64,000 nt of DNA from Patescibacteria group bacterium UBA2196 (GCA_002328025.1 DCVE01000003.1:17222-81221); one strand, 5' to 3'; shown: positions 49,548 through 59,106, counted from the stretch's first letter. Numbers and translations: made by a program. The notes: a model not told the origin generated them from the letters alone.

Positions 49548-49886
49548 ATGAATTGGCCAATTATTATTCTCATAATTACTCAATTACTTTTTACAACCAG
49601 TGATCTCTTGGCTAGAAATTATATGCCTAAACAGGGTTTTGCATTAACAACTTTTTTAAGTAGTTGGTTTCTAGCATATTTTTTTATAAGAATTATTGCC
49701 ATGTTCGGCCAACTTTATGTTTTTACCCACATAGAGCTAGGCAAAACCATGGCTCTCTTTGGTGCTGTTTCAATTATTTTGGCTAATCTTTTAGGTTTTT
49801 TATTATTAAAAGAATCTATGTCTGTTGGTGCCTACATAGGTATAATGCTAGCAGTTAGTGCTTTTATTGTTTTGGCATTAAATTAA
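49548..49886 (+). CDS. Small 4-TM DMT/SMR(EamA-half)-like protein
   Basis: 112 aa with four hydrophobic helices; LLGFLLLKESMS...IGIML motif. Confidence 0.7.
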   Translation: MNWPIIILIITQLLFTTSDLLARNYMPKQGFALTTFLSSWFLAYFFIRIIAMFGQLYVFTHIELGKTMALFGAVSIILANLLGFLLLKESMSVGAYIGIMLAVSAFIVLALN

Positions 49887-49890
49887 AAAT

Positions 49891-50541
49891 TTAAAATTTT
49901 ATCTCTATTTCTCCTTGTCTTAAAATCTTTACTTCTTTACCTTCAACCTTTACAATGGTTGAGGGTTTTTTGGTTTTTAATTTGCCAGCATCTAAAATAA
50001 AATCTGGTTTAAATTTTCTGTTTTTAAATTGATTAAACACCGCTCGACCGCTTAGACATTCTTTTTTACCAGACAAATTTGCCGAAGCTGAAGTAATAAG
50101 ACCACCACATTCTTTTGCCAATTCCCGCATTACTTTATTACCAGATACTCTCACTGCCACGCCGTTATCACCTCCCTCTAACGGGGATGAAACATTGTAA
50201 ATATTAGATTGATTACAAACTTTTATTTTTGCCTTTTGACTTTTTTCTTTTATTCTTAACACTATTGTTAAAGCTCCTGGCCAATATTTCTCCGCTAACT
50301 CCCTCTCTTTTTTATTTAACTTAAATTTTTTTTTGACAGTTACATAACTATCAGCGATCAAAAGCAAAAGTTTTTTAAAATTTCTGCCTTTAATTTTATA
50401 AATTTTTTCAACCGCTTTTTGATTACTAGGGTCGCAGGAAAAACCATAAACCGTTTCTGTGGCCACAGCAATTACCGCGCCGACTTTTAATTCATCCGCA
50501 ACTTTTTTAAAATTTAAATTTTTCACCAATAATGTTTTCAT
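49891..50541 (-). CDS. tsaC: Threonylcarbamoyl-AMP synthase (Sua5/YrdC)
   Basis: ATETVYGF, KIYKIKGR, YWPGALTI, VAVRV, TSASANLSG, PSTIV, ILRQG; probable start MKTLLV at 50541. Confidence 0.93.
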   Translation of the reverse strand: MKTLLVKNLNFKKVADELKVGAVIAVATETVYGFSCDPSNQKAVEKIYKIKGRNFKKLLLLIADSYVTVKKKFKLNKKERELAEKYWPGALTIVLRIKEKSQKAKIKVCNQSNIYNVSSPLEGGDNGVAVRVSGNKVMRELAKECGGLITSASANLSGKKECLSGRAVFNQFKNRKFKPDFILDAGKLKTKKPSTIVKVEGKEVKILRQGEIEIKF

Positions 50542-50619
50542 AAGTACAGTTTTAGAAATAGACAAGCGTACCAGCCTGCCTATTTTTTAAATTAAAAACT
50601 AACAAACCCAACTCTCATA

Positions 50620-53600
50620 TTATGGAGTGGTACCGTAACAGACGGCCTGAGAAACTGAATCTGGCGTGCCCCAACAAGTCAACAAACTCGCCATGTCACC
50701 AGATTCAATTATACTATCACCCGCCGCCACAGGAAAAATATCTAAACTTTTGGTTGCATCACACATAGCGTGCTTATAATTTATAATGCCAGTTGTTTTT
50801 CGCCAAAAAGATAATAAAATACCAAAATCAATTATATCAATCCGACCATCGCAGTTAAAATCCGCTTTCATAACTGGCGGTACCCAACAAATATCAGCCC
50901 CTTCCACACTGACTAGATAGCTATTATAACTCAAATTATTGGCATTATCTTCAAAGACCACATAAATACCTTGATTTCTGGCTGCTGTGGGTATGGGATT
51001 GGTTGACTTCTTACCCTGATTATTATTACTTTCAGTTGGAGTTAAACGGAACGCTGCTTCTCCACTGTAAACACCACTTTGATCCACGGTAAAATAATAG
51101 CCAAAATGACCACAATCTTGCGGACAGTATAGTTTGTTAACTATACCATTTTCAAAATGTTCAAAATCATAGTCACACACATTATCACCACAGTTGGCTG
51201 CGGTATTTGTACCTTCACCTTCCCCAATATTAGGTTTTAGATTAGTACCAGCAAAAGTTACGTAAGAAATATTACGTGCATCAACAACCGTTTCTACATT
51301 TAAATTATCACCATCATCAATCAAGCTAACTTCCGTACCAAAATTATAAGCGCCCAATCTTTCACCACCATTTACACTAGTACCTAAATTTCCATAAAAT
51401 AAATAACCATGGTGTGGATTACTTGGATTATCAACATTTCCTGGCTGTGCCACATACACAATATCATTTGTAGTTTTATTAATATTTAAACTTGTAAAAT
51501 CACTAGTCGCTTGCCAGCCCAATCCTTGAGTCACGCGGTTAACCGCATCAAAAGAATGGCTGGTAAAATTATATTTTCTATAATAAGCACCTTCTGGAAA
51601 ATGAGACCAAGAAAAATGTACACCGCCCTGGCCATCTGCAACAATGCCTCCCTGACGCGTTCCTTTATCGTCACTGTCTGGAACACTGTCAACCTTTATT
51701 AATTGCTGACCACTAAAAACCCGCACATCCTCATCAATACCAAAATAAAGATAAGAAATGTGAGGCAGGTGTTGGAAAGAAACGTGTACTTGTCCAGATG
51801 CGCTAACAGCTATTCTTGGCTTTTCAAGTTCTCTGGTATTGTCTGTATTAATATACAACGGGCGACCATTGGCCCAAGCCACTGTGTTATTAATAATTCT
51901 ATTATACATAATTTGTTGGCCACCACTAACCAACTGTGACCAAACAATGTGTGAATTATTATTTCCATCAACAGCAATTCTTGTGTCAGCTCCGTTACCC
52001 AAAAGAATGGGTGTTCCCAATCCAGCACAAGTATATTTAACATACCAAACCTCACAAGAAACTAATTCTCCGGTGTTATTCTTTATTCTACAATTTTTAT
52101 CATAAGCTATGTGCACATTACCTTGCCTATCGGTTGCGGCCGAAGGGTTGCGCGAACCAGTAGCAATCAAAACAGGGGTGCCCACACTACCAGGACCGCC
52201 GCCGGCACAACCAGTGTCAACGACACATTGAGTTGTTTGACAACCAACCGGACAACCGCTTCTGGTTTGTGCCCTCTGAGTCGCGCTACAACCACTAGTT
52301 CCACAACTGCTCGCAGGTTGCCAGACACCACAAGTGCTGCAATTAACACCAGTTCCGCCACTACAAGTTAATTTAAAATTAGAAAAAGTAATACTCGGCA
52401 CCGTGCCATAATCAGATCTGCCCAGACGCAAATAGGGTAATATTGGATTATACTCTTTTCCACTAGCAGAATAATCATATTGCCCAATTTGGTAATAATT
52501 ACTAGTTGGGCTTGTCCTAAAATAATAAATCATCTGACCATTACCCCAAACTATCCGAAAGCCATAGGTTTGCGATGCATTCCAATTATAAGCCACAGCG
52601 GTTGTTGAATCACCACTGATTGAGTTTGAACTAAAGTCAAAAGTCCCTTCAAAATTATCATGTGTTGCAGTACCAACTATATTACCGTCCACACCATCAA
52701 TAGTATTATTTACTTTCAACCTAGGTCTCATTTTACCAGTATAAGCACCAGCACCTTTTGCATCACCAAAAATCATTAATAAAGACTTTGATCGATTATT
52801 ATAAACCGCATTGTTGGCGACATTATCAGAATCGGCGTTATCCCACATGGTAAAAATATCGTAAGTCTCGCCAGTTAATTTGGCGTCTTCAAGACCACGA
52901 ATTTCAAATTCTAATTGACCACTTTCAAAAGGTTGCGTAAAATGATATTCAATATAATTACTAGCAGCCGTAGTTGTCCAACCATTAGTAGAAAAATTGC
53001 CACCACTCACAACCATCCCACTGCCAGGATTACTGGTTAGAGGGGTGTCAACAGATACACCACCATTACAATTACCCACGCCACTCAACTGATCGGAACC
53101 ACATTGTTGTGCTGCAATACCGATATCTGTCACCAGCTGTCGACCATTAGTACCCAAATTATCTCTCAAATTTTTGCCATTTTTTAAATCTAGACCAGCA
53201 AGATTATGAAAAATCCAACCAGCCGCACCAGCCTCACAAGCACTTCTAACTGCCTGAATAAAATGAGTGGCATTTGAATCATCGGGATACACCTGTTCTT
53301 CCTGCAAATAAATTGGCTTATTGACATTAATACTGTTTAAATAATTTTTTACTAAATTGATGCGATTCGCCGTTGCAGAATACCAATCACTACTTCGATC
53401 AAAATGTGGGGTTAAAAAATCAACCGCAAAGGGCGGCGACACCTCTTCGTTAATTGCTGTTCGATTAAGAGAAGTTAGAGTATTACCATCAACAATATGA
53501 CGACTAGTGCCGGAAACGGTTAACTTACGACTGGAATCAGCATTTCTTACAGCCTCCACAATCGGTAATAACGCAATATGCTGCAAAGGGTAAAAATAGG

Positions 53601-54312
53601 CACTACTGGAACCACCGGTGTTATCATGCTCATTATAAATATCAAAAATAACATTATCATAAGTTGATAAAGCCGCAGCAATACGAGAAGCGGCTAACTC
53701 TAATTCGTGCGGATCGGGGTTTTGTGTCGTACCATTCAAATCACCATAAAACGAAGGATTGGTGTCTAAAATTGTAACATCTACAATCATAGCCCTCTCG
53801 GCTGCTCTTTCAATAATAAATCGCAATTTGTTAATAAAACCGTTCAAAGTGGCATCCAGATTATAGACCGTACTGTTGCGATCGCGTATGGAAGAATAAA
53901 TATTTTCTGCCTTATTCTGGGCACTCCAATCCGCCCAAACACGGATTAAATTATAGTGATTGCTAGCCAAAAAATTCAAATCAGCGATTATGTTTTCTTC
54001 TGTTTCATTAATGGCATCGAACAATGATATTCCCAACAAAAAAGTTGGTGAACCGTTGATAATAAAATCATCCCCAGAAATAGAAAAATTTTCAATGCTA
54101 CTTTGCGCCATTTTGACACTATATTCTCCGGCTACTTCTCCGGTTGGAGGTACATAAAAAATTTTAGACACTTCTTCGGTTATACCACTTTGCGCTGCCA
54201 CAAGATTACCAATAAACACAAAGACAACAATCAATAAAAATGATTTTATCCAAAAGAAATAATTCATTTTTTTTAATCTATTTTTTATTTTTTCACTTAG
54301 TTTCATAATCAT
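50620..54312 (-). CDS. Exported multidomain protein: clan GH-A-like glycoside hydrolase, jelly-roll, beta-propeller, C-terminal dockerin-like module
   Basis: Signal/TM; NLIRVW, DIYNEHD and IYLQEE (acid/base- and nucleophile-like); repeats AxDxxGxxHxxW; C-terminal ADFNCDGRIDIIDFGILLSFW...GDSIIESGDMASLLTCWG. Confidence 0.75.
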   Translation of the reverse strand: MIMKLSEKIKNRLKKMNYFFWIKSFLLIVVFVFIGNLVAAQSGITEEVSKIFYVPPTGEVAGEYSVKMAQSSIENFSISGDDFIINGSPTFLLGISLFDAINETEENIIADLNFLASNHYNLIRVWADWSAQNKAENIYSSIRDRNSTVYNLDATLNGFINKLRFIIERAAERAMIVDVTILDTNPSFYGDLNGTTQNPDPHELELAASRIAAALSTYDNVIFDIYNEHDNTGGSSSAYFYPLQHIALLPIVEAVRNADSSRKLTVSGTSRHIVDGNTLTSLNRTAINEEVSPPFAVDFLTPHFDRSSDWYSATANRINLVKNYLNSINVNKPIYLQEEQVYPDDSNATHFIQAVRSACEAGAAGWIFHNLAGLDLKNGKNLRDNLGTNGRQLVTDIGIAAQQCGSDQLSGVGNCNGGVSVDTPLTSNPGSGMVVSGGNFSTNGWTTTAASNYIEYHFTQPFESGQLEFEIRGLEDAKLTGETYDIFTMWDNADSDNVANNAVYNNRSKSLLMIFGDAKGAGAYTGKMRPRLKVNNTIDGVDGNIVGTATHDNFEGTFDFSSNSISGDSTTAVAYNWNASQTYGFRIVWGNGQMIYYFRTSPTSNYYQIGQYDYSASGKEYNPILPYLRLGRSDYGTVPSITFSNFKLTCSGGTGVNCSTCGVWQPASSCGTSGCSATQRAQTRSGCPVGCQTTQCVVDTGCAGGGPGSVGTPVLIATGSRNPSAATDRQGNVHIAYDKNCRIKNNTGELVSCEVWYVKYTCAGLGTPILLGNGADTRIAVDGNNNSHIVWSQLVSGGQQIMYNRIINNTVAWANGRPLYINTDNTRELEKPRIAVSASGQVHVSFQHLPHISYLYFGIDEDVRVFSGQQLIKVDSVPDSDDKGTRQGGIVADGQGGVHFSWSHFPEGAYYRKYNFTSHSFDAVNRVTQGLGWQATSDFTSLNINKTTNDIVYVAQPGNVDNPSNPHHGYLFYGNLGTSVNGGERLGAYNFGTEVSLIDDGDNLNVETVVDARNISYVTFAGTNLKPNIGEGEGTNTAANCGDNVCDYDFEHFENGIVNKLYCPQDCGHFGYYFTVDQSGVYSGEAAFRLTPTESNNNQGKKSTNPIPTAARNQGIYVVFEDNANNLSYNSYLVSVEGADICWVPPVMKADFNCDGRIDIIDFGILLSFWRKTTGIINYKHAMCDATKSLDIFPVAAGDSIIESGDMASLLTCWGTPDSVSQAVCYGTTP

Positions 54313-54325
54313 TAATCATAGCAAA

Positions 54326-57300
54326 TTAAAAACCAAAATCATACAGGTCAGTCCCGCGTTGATTCATAGTGCTTTTAAAAACGATGCGACTGCCTTGCCA
54401 ATTGACAGAAAAATCTGGTTGAGCAATCAACAAAGACCCCATGGCTGGTAAAAATCCACTCCGATTGTGTATTAAACGCCTGACACCACCCGACCCATCC
54501 GTGTTAACCGCAAAAATCTCAAAGGACATCGGATACCATTCCGAAGGATTGATTAAACTTAAATTAGAAAACGAAGACACAAAAATATTTTGATAATGGT
54601 TAGTTTGCCAATTAGGAGCTGAAAATACCACCTTTTCGGAACCGGTTCGGTGTAATAATAAAGTTACTACGCGACTACTTGAATTAAGTGTAATCTTAAT
54701 AATATCAGCCTGATTGGTTATACCGCTCATGGGGTGAATGGATAAATAATAATTACCAGCTGTGGTAAACATAACTTCTGTGCCAGTTGTATCAAGACCA
54801 GTTTCAAAATTAACTGCTTCGCTGTGCATTTGACGAATAAAATTCATATTCTCACTAAATAACTCTACACCATAATTGCGCTCTTCACGATCATTTTTAC
54901 GCCACTGGACAATCACAAAATTACCACCCGCCGAAATGGTATGACCAGCCACACCTTGAGTTGCATCATTAAACTGGCTGACAGTCCACGAACTGGTCGG
55001 GATATAATTTATATCATTTACAAAATCATATACAAAAATAAATATGTTTCCACCCAAAGTACCAGTCAAACTAGCTCGGCTACGACTGTCATTTAAATCG
55101 CCACCAGTTCCCCAACTTACTTCAGTATATGTACCGCTAAAATCTCTGACCAAAGTGCAAACTAAAGTAGTGACATTGCAACGTTGTATTGTTTGACCAT
55201 TTACTTTATAAACAAAATTAGAATCATTGGTCCATCGTATCTGAGCTTCGGGTAAAACTGTCTCCAATAAACCCAAATCTGTCCCGTCACTTCTAAACAA
55301 ACGCGTACCATCGTGTCGCCGCGCATAAAACATTGAACCATCGCTGTTCCAGTGCGCCACCGCGCTATAATTTAATGAAACACCCGTATCACTGCCACCA
55401 GTATCTACACCGGCCGCGCCAGTTAAGCGATTAACCTGTGTTCCAAAAACCGTATCACAATAATTTCCCCCCACCAGTGGTGGTAAGGCCTGTGCATCAA
55501 GCATATTTAAAACACCGCTTGAAAATTGGTTTGCAACATTGGCTGCACAAACACCGGCACTTACTTGACAAGCAGTGGCAGCTGCATTTCTTTCGTAACC
55601 CAAAAAACATTGCCAAGACTGACAATCTGCAGCACACACCGCATTGGCTGGTGTTCCACTAATAATCGCACTGCTATCACATTGTTCTTGATCGGCAGTA
55701 AAAATTCCATCACCACAAGATGTTGCTGTGATCGTAGTATTACTAATCAGACAGCTGCCGCTTGTTGGTGTACCCCAACAATTAAGTAAACGAGCAAAAT
55801 CGCTTTCATTAATAACACCATCGCCCGTTGCGCTGGTTGTATCAAGACCAATCGGTGCAATATCTAAATTTTTATGTTCATCACCACAACCATTATTTAA
55901 ATAATTTTTTATACCATCAGTTGTAACTTTTTTCCAATAAGAAAGCAAAATACCAAAATCTTTTATATCCACTACCCTGTCGCAATTAAAATCTGCCACA
56001 ATGCTTTGGGCTGGAGGTGGGGGTGGCGTAACAGAATTACCAGTAAAAACAAATTTTATAACATCCGCAATTACTGTACCATTGGCACTATTAGCAAAAA
56101 TTTTTACATAACTACGCGTACTGCTTGTACTTCGTGGAAAGTAATAACTAACTGTACCAAGACGATTCCATTGGCCCGCGTTAACACTCTGATTAATAGT
56201 ACCACTTGCCACAACCGAACCACCGCTATTAATCTCATATGGCACGTTGGTAGCTTCAGTAACTGTATTGGCTGTATTACCACGCCAGCCATGCCATTCA
56301 TAAACATCATAATTGCCAGCCACGCCAATTGTGGGCTTAAAAGTCGCTGTTGCACCAGAACTACCGTCTGTATAAAAAGCACCATAACCTTCAAAGCTCG
56401 CTTGTGGGTATCTCCACCCACTGGTATCAGGATCGCCGTAGTCCCACTGGCTCCAATATGGATTACTATCATTCTCCGGCTCTTTATCCCAATTACCAGT
56501 CAACTGAACTGGCTCACTCCCTGGCGAAGTGTCGTTATTAGGATAATTACCAACCATAATATCAGAAACAACATTATAATCTCGGGTGGTAAAAAGTAAT
56601 ATACCATCACCAGTATCATCGTCGTCTCTAGCAGAATTTGTTCCCAGAGTTCCACTCAATGTAACGCTGGTAAAAGTCGAACCATTATTAAAATTTGGAT
56701 CCTGCCCACCCCGAAAACGATAATATGTTGTTCCTGGGGTATAGCCAGACAAAGCAGCAATCTCGCTTTGAGTAATTGTTTGATTAATAAAAGTCGGATT
56801 AACAATAACCAATCCATTATCAAAAAAACGCGCAGTAACACATCGGTGTCCATTGGTTTCAGAACAATGTCCAGTTAATTCTTGTGGGGCACCTTTTGGA
56901 TAACCCAAATTAGTTTCATATTCGTCATACCACAAACCTAATTGAAACCACGAGCCAAAATTCCGACCATAAAAGGCATTGCCCATCAAAGCTGTGGCTA
57001 AACCATATCGCATATCACTAAACCTATCCTTCCAATATCTCCAATAATTTTCGGACATAGCCTCCACTGCTTTTAATGCCCCGTCTTGAGCAACAACATA
57101 TTTATCATCGCGATCCCATAATCGTAATTTACTGTAATAATTTGGCCAACTATATTGACCCAGAATTCCATACTCTAGAAAAAAACCTTGATTCCAAACA
57201 ACAGTTGAATCTCCTGGAAAACTATTGCCGTTGTTTGCTATAACAATTGTTTTGGCTCCCCCTTTTAAAGCAGATAATTTTTGATTTTCATAATTCCACA

Positions 57301-58363
57301 TATACTGTAAACCCTGATGCCACTGATCACTAATCCAATTAAGACCGTGTTCGTCATAATCTCTTTTCCAATTTAAATCAAAATCAACATTATTAGCCAA
57401 ACTAACTTCACCACCTTCACTATTTAACGGCCAATCAGTTCGATAGGTTGCATAATGCGAACCATCATAAGGCGCAAAATTGGTTGCATCAACAACGGCC
57501 AATCTATCGTGATCAATAAAATATCTAGCTGCTTCTTGACCACTATAAGGATTGGCTGGAGTAATGTTTGGTACCCAATCAGCAGCTTTAATTGGTTGAC
57601 GTAAATATGAACCCGCTGGGTGATGACCATCAATGCCGCTAAGTTCAACCAAAACACTATTTGTTTCATCAACAGAACCATAAGAAATACGATCTGGCTT
57701 ATAACTGCCAAGGTCGGGTATGTTTCTATTATTGACAACAAAAAAACTTGAGCCATTGCTGGCATATGGAAAATTATTTGTATCAGGCGGAACCGACCAA
57801 CGTGGAAAACCATCACCAATAGTATTTTTGACCCTAACACTATAACTTGCGGGTGTTAGATCTTCGGCTAATTGTGGATCAAAATAACGAAACGTGTGAT
57901 ATTGAAAATTGCTATTACTAGACATCATATCTTGTAGTGTTGCCAAAAGAATCATGTTAGGATTAGCCCGCTTAATGGCCGGAGCGCATCTTGCATCAGT
58001 ACTAAAATTTAGACCGACCATGTCAAACTTGGAACGAAACTGACTACAACCAGTAGGATGTGCTTCATTCTTTGGCCAAAAAAAAGCCACTCGCGGATAA
58101 GGTGGGTTCCATTTAGGATCTATTGTCTGCGTTATCTGGACTGTAAATTCACCAGCCACCGCGCCGCTATCAAATGCGTAAAATTTATTATACAAAATTT
58201 GACTGACTAAATTAGTAACCTTAAAAAAACTCAGCCAACTTAAACCAAAAAAAATAAAAAGCGCCGTTAAGACAGCGGCACTTAAAAAAAAATTTATACC
58301 AAAAACTTTTGCAGTTTTTTTCTTTCTGCTGGCCTTTTTACTTCTGTTGATAATTCTAATCAT
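54326..58363 (-). CDS. Exported multidomain protein: GHL15-like putative glycoside hydrolase, golvesin/Xly-CBM-like domain, dockerin-like module, C-terminal beta-propeller
   Basis: MRYGLATALMG...WYDEYETNLGYPKG...RFFDNGLVIVNPT; ATFKPTIGVAGNYDVYEW...GQWNRLGT...VIADVIKFV; PPPPP linker; ADFNCDRVVDIKDFGILLSYW...GDGVINESDFARLLNCWG. Confidence 0.75.
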   Translation of the reverse strand: MIRIINRSKKASRKKKTAKVFGINFFLSAAVLTALFIFFGLSWLSFFKVTNLVSQILYNKFYAFDSGAVAGEFTVQITQTIDPKWNPPYPRVAFFWPKNEAHPTGCSQFRSKFDMVGLNFSTDARCAPAIKRANPNMILLATLQDMMSSNSNFQYHTFRYFDPQLAEDLTPASYSVRVKNTIGDGFPRWSVPPDTNNFPYASNGSSFFVVNNRNIPDLGSYKPDRISYGSVDETNSVLVELSGIDGHHPAGSYLRQPIKAADWVPNITPANPYSGQEAARYFIDHDRLAVVDATNFAPYDGSHYATYRTDWPLNSEGGEVSLANNVDFDLNWKRDYDEHGLNWISDQWHQGLQYMWNYENQKLSALKGGAKTIVIANNGNSFPGDSTVVWNQGFFLEYGILGQYSWPNYYSKLRLWDRDDKYVVAQDGALKAVEAMSENYWRYWKDRFSDMRYGLATALMGNAFYGRNFGSWFQLGLWYDEYETNLGYPKGAPQELTGHCSETNGHRCVTARFFDNGLVIVNPTFINQTITQSEIAALSGYTPGTTYYRFRGGQDPNFNNGSTFTSVTLSGTLGTNSARDDDDTGDGILLFTTRDYNVVSDIMVGNYPNNDTSPGSEPVQLTGNWDKEPENDSNPYWSQWDYGDPDTSGWRYPQASFEGYGAFYTDGSSGATATFKPTIGVAGNYDVYEWHGWRGNTANTVTEATNVPYEINSGGSVVASGTINQSVNAGQWNRLGTVSYYFPRSTSSTRSYVKIFANSANGTVIADVIKFVFTGNSVTPPPPPAQSIVADFNCDRVVDIKDFGILLSYWKKVTTDGIKNYLNNGCGDEHKNLDIAPIGLDTTSATGDGVINESDFARLLNCWGTPTSGSCLISNTTITATSCGDGIFTADQEQCDSSAIISGTPANAVCAADCQSWQCFLGYERNAAATACQVSAGVCAANVANQFSSGVLNMLDAQALPPLVGGNYCDTVFGTQVNRLTGAAGVDTGGSDTGVSLNYSAVAHWNSDGSMFYARRHDGTRLFRSDGTDLGLLETVLPEAQIRWTNDSNFVYKVNGQTIQRCNVTTLVCTLVRDFSGTYTEVSWGTGGDLNDSRSRASLTGTLGGNIFIFVYDFVNDINYIPTSSWTVSQFNDATQGVAGHTISAGGNFVIVQWRKNDREERNYGVELFSENMNFIRQMHSEAVNFETGLDTTGTEVMFTTAGNYYLSIHPMSGITNQADIIKITLNSSSRVVTLLLHRTGSEKVVFSAPNWQTNHYQNIFVSSFSNLSLINPSEWYPMSFEIFAVNTDGSGGVRRLIHNRSGFLPAMGSLLIAQPDFSVNWQGSRIVFKSTMNQRGTDLYDFGF

Positions 58364-58427
58364 ACAGCTTTATTATACAACAAAAAACTTACAACTAAAA
58401 GTCAAGTTATAAATTACGCATGTAAAA

Positions 58428-59021
58428 TTATTTTTTACTCTCCAGATACACGGCCGTGGTCTCTTTAAAATTTAAAAACAAATGCATGTTATTTTTCTGC
58501 CAGTTATAAAAAAGAGGTTTTAAAAACTTAATAACAACAAAAGCATAGAGAGATTTTTTTACTTGCGCCTCCAATTGAGCGACCCGAGGCGCATAAAAAT
58601 TATCCAGCCAATCAGCATCCTGCATAATTTTATGATAAATAGATAAATTACTTTTACCCAAAAAACGCAATTCTTTCATGGTGTGTCTAATGGCATTATC
58701 CGCTACTAAAAATTTTTCACTTTCTTTAACATTGGCAGTTGAAAAAAATTCATTAATTATCTTAGCGCTTCTTCTGCCTTCTAAAAATTTTTGGATAAAT
58801 CCAGGAGCACAACTTGCGTGACTAACATCATGCCAAGCACAACAAAGAATTAGAAGTTTCTCATCAACTTTTTCTTGAATATCAAGTGGCAATTTTTTTA
58901 AAATTTCTTGGGCGTTTTTTATCACTCTTTGAATATGCCCCCAATTATGTACTGGATCCTTGCTGGTGAGCATGATTTCTTTGGCTTTATTAAATAAAAT
59001 ATCAAATTGTTCTTGGGTCAT
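58428..59021 (-). CDS. HD-domain phosphohydrolase
   Basis: DPVHNWGHIQRV, AWHDV, IRH, MQDADWLD. Confidence 0.85.
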   Translation of the reverse strand: MTQEQFDILFNKAKEIMLTSKDPVHNWGHIQRVIKNAQEILKKLPLDIQEKVDEKLLILCCAWHDVSHASCAPGFIQKFLEGRRSAKIINEFFSTANVKESEKFLVADNAIRHTMKELRFLGKSNLSIYHKIMQDADWLDNFYAPRVAQLEAQVKKSLYAFVVIKFLKPLFYNWQKNNMHLFLNFKETTAVYLESKK

Positions 59022-59028
59022 AGAAGAT

Positions 59029-59106
59029 AATTTCTAATTTATAATTTTACAATTTTGAAATAATTTTGAATGATAAAATTTTGAAATAAAAATTAAAAAT
59101 TCAAAA
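59029..59106. repeat. Degenerate heptamer-repeat element
   Basis: AATTTCT AATTTAT AATTTTAC AATTTTG AAAT AATTTTG AATG... between leuS and the HD gene. Confidence 0.6.
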
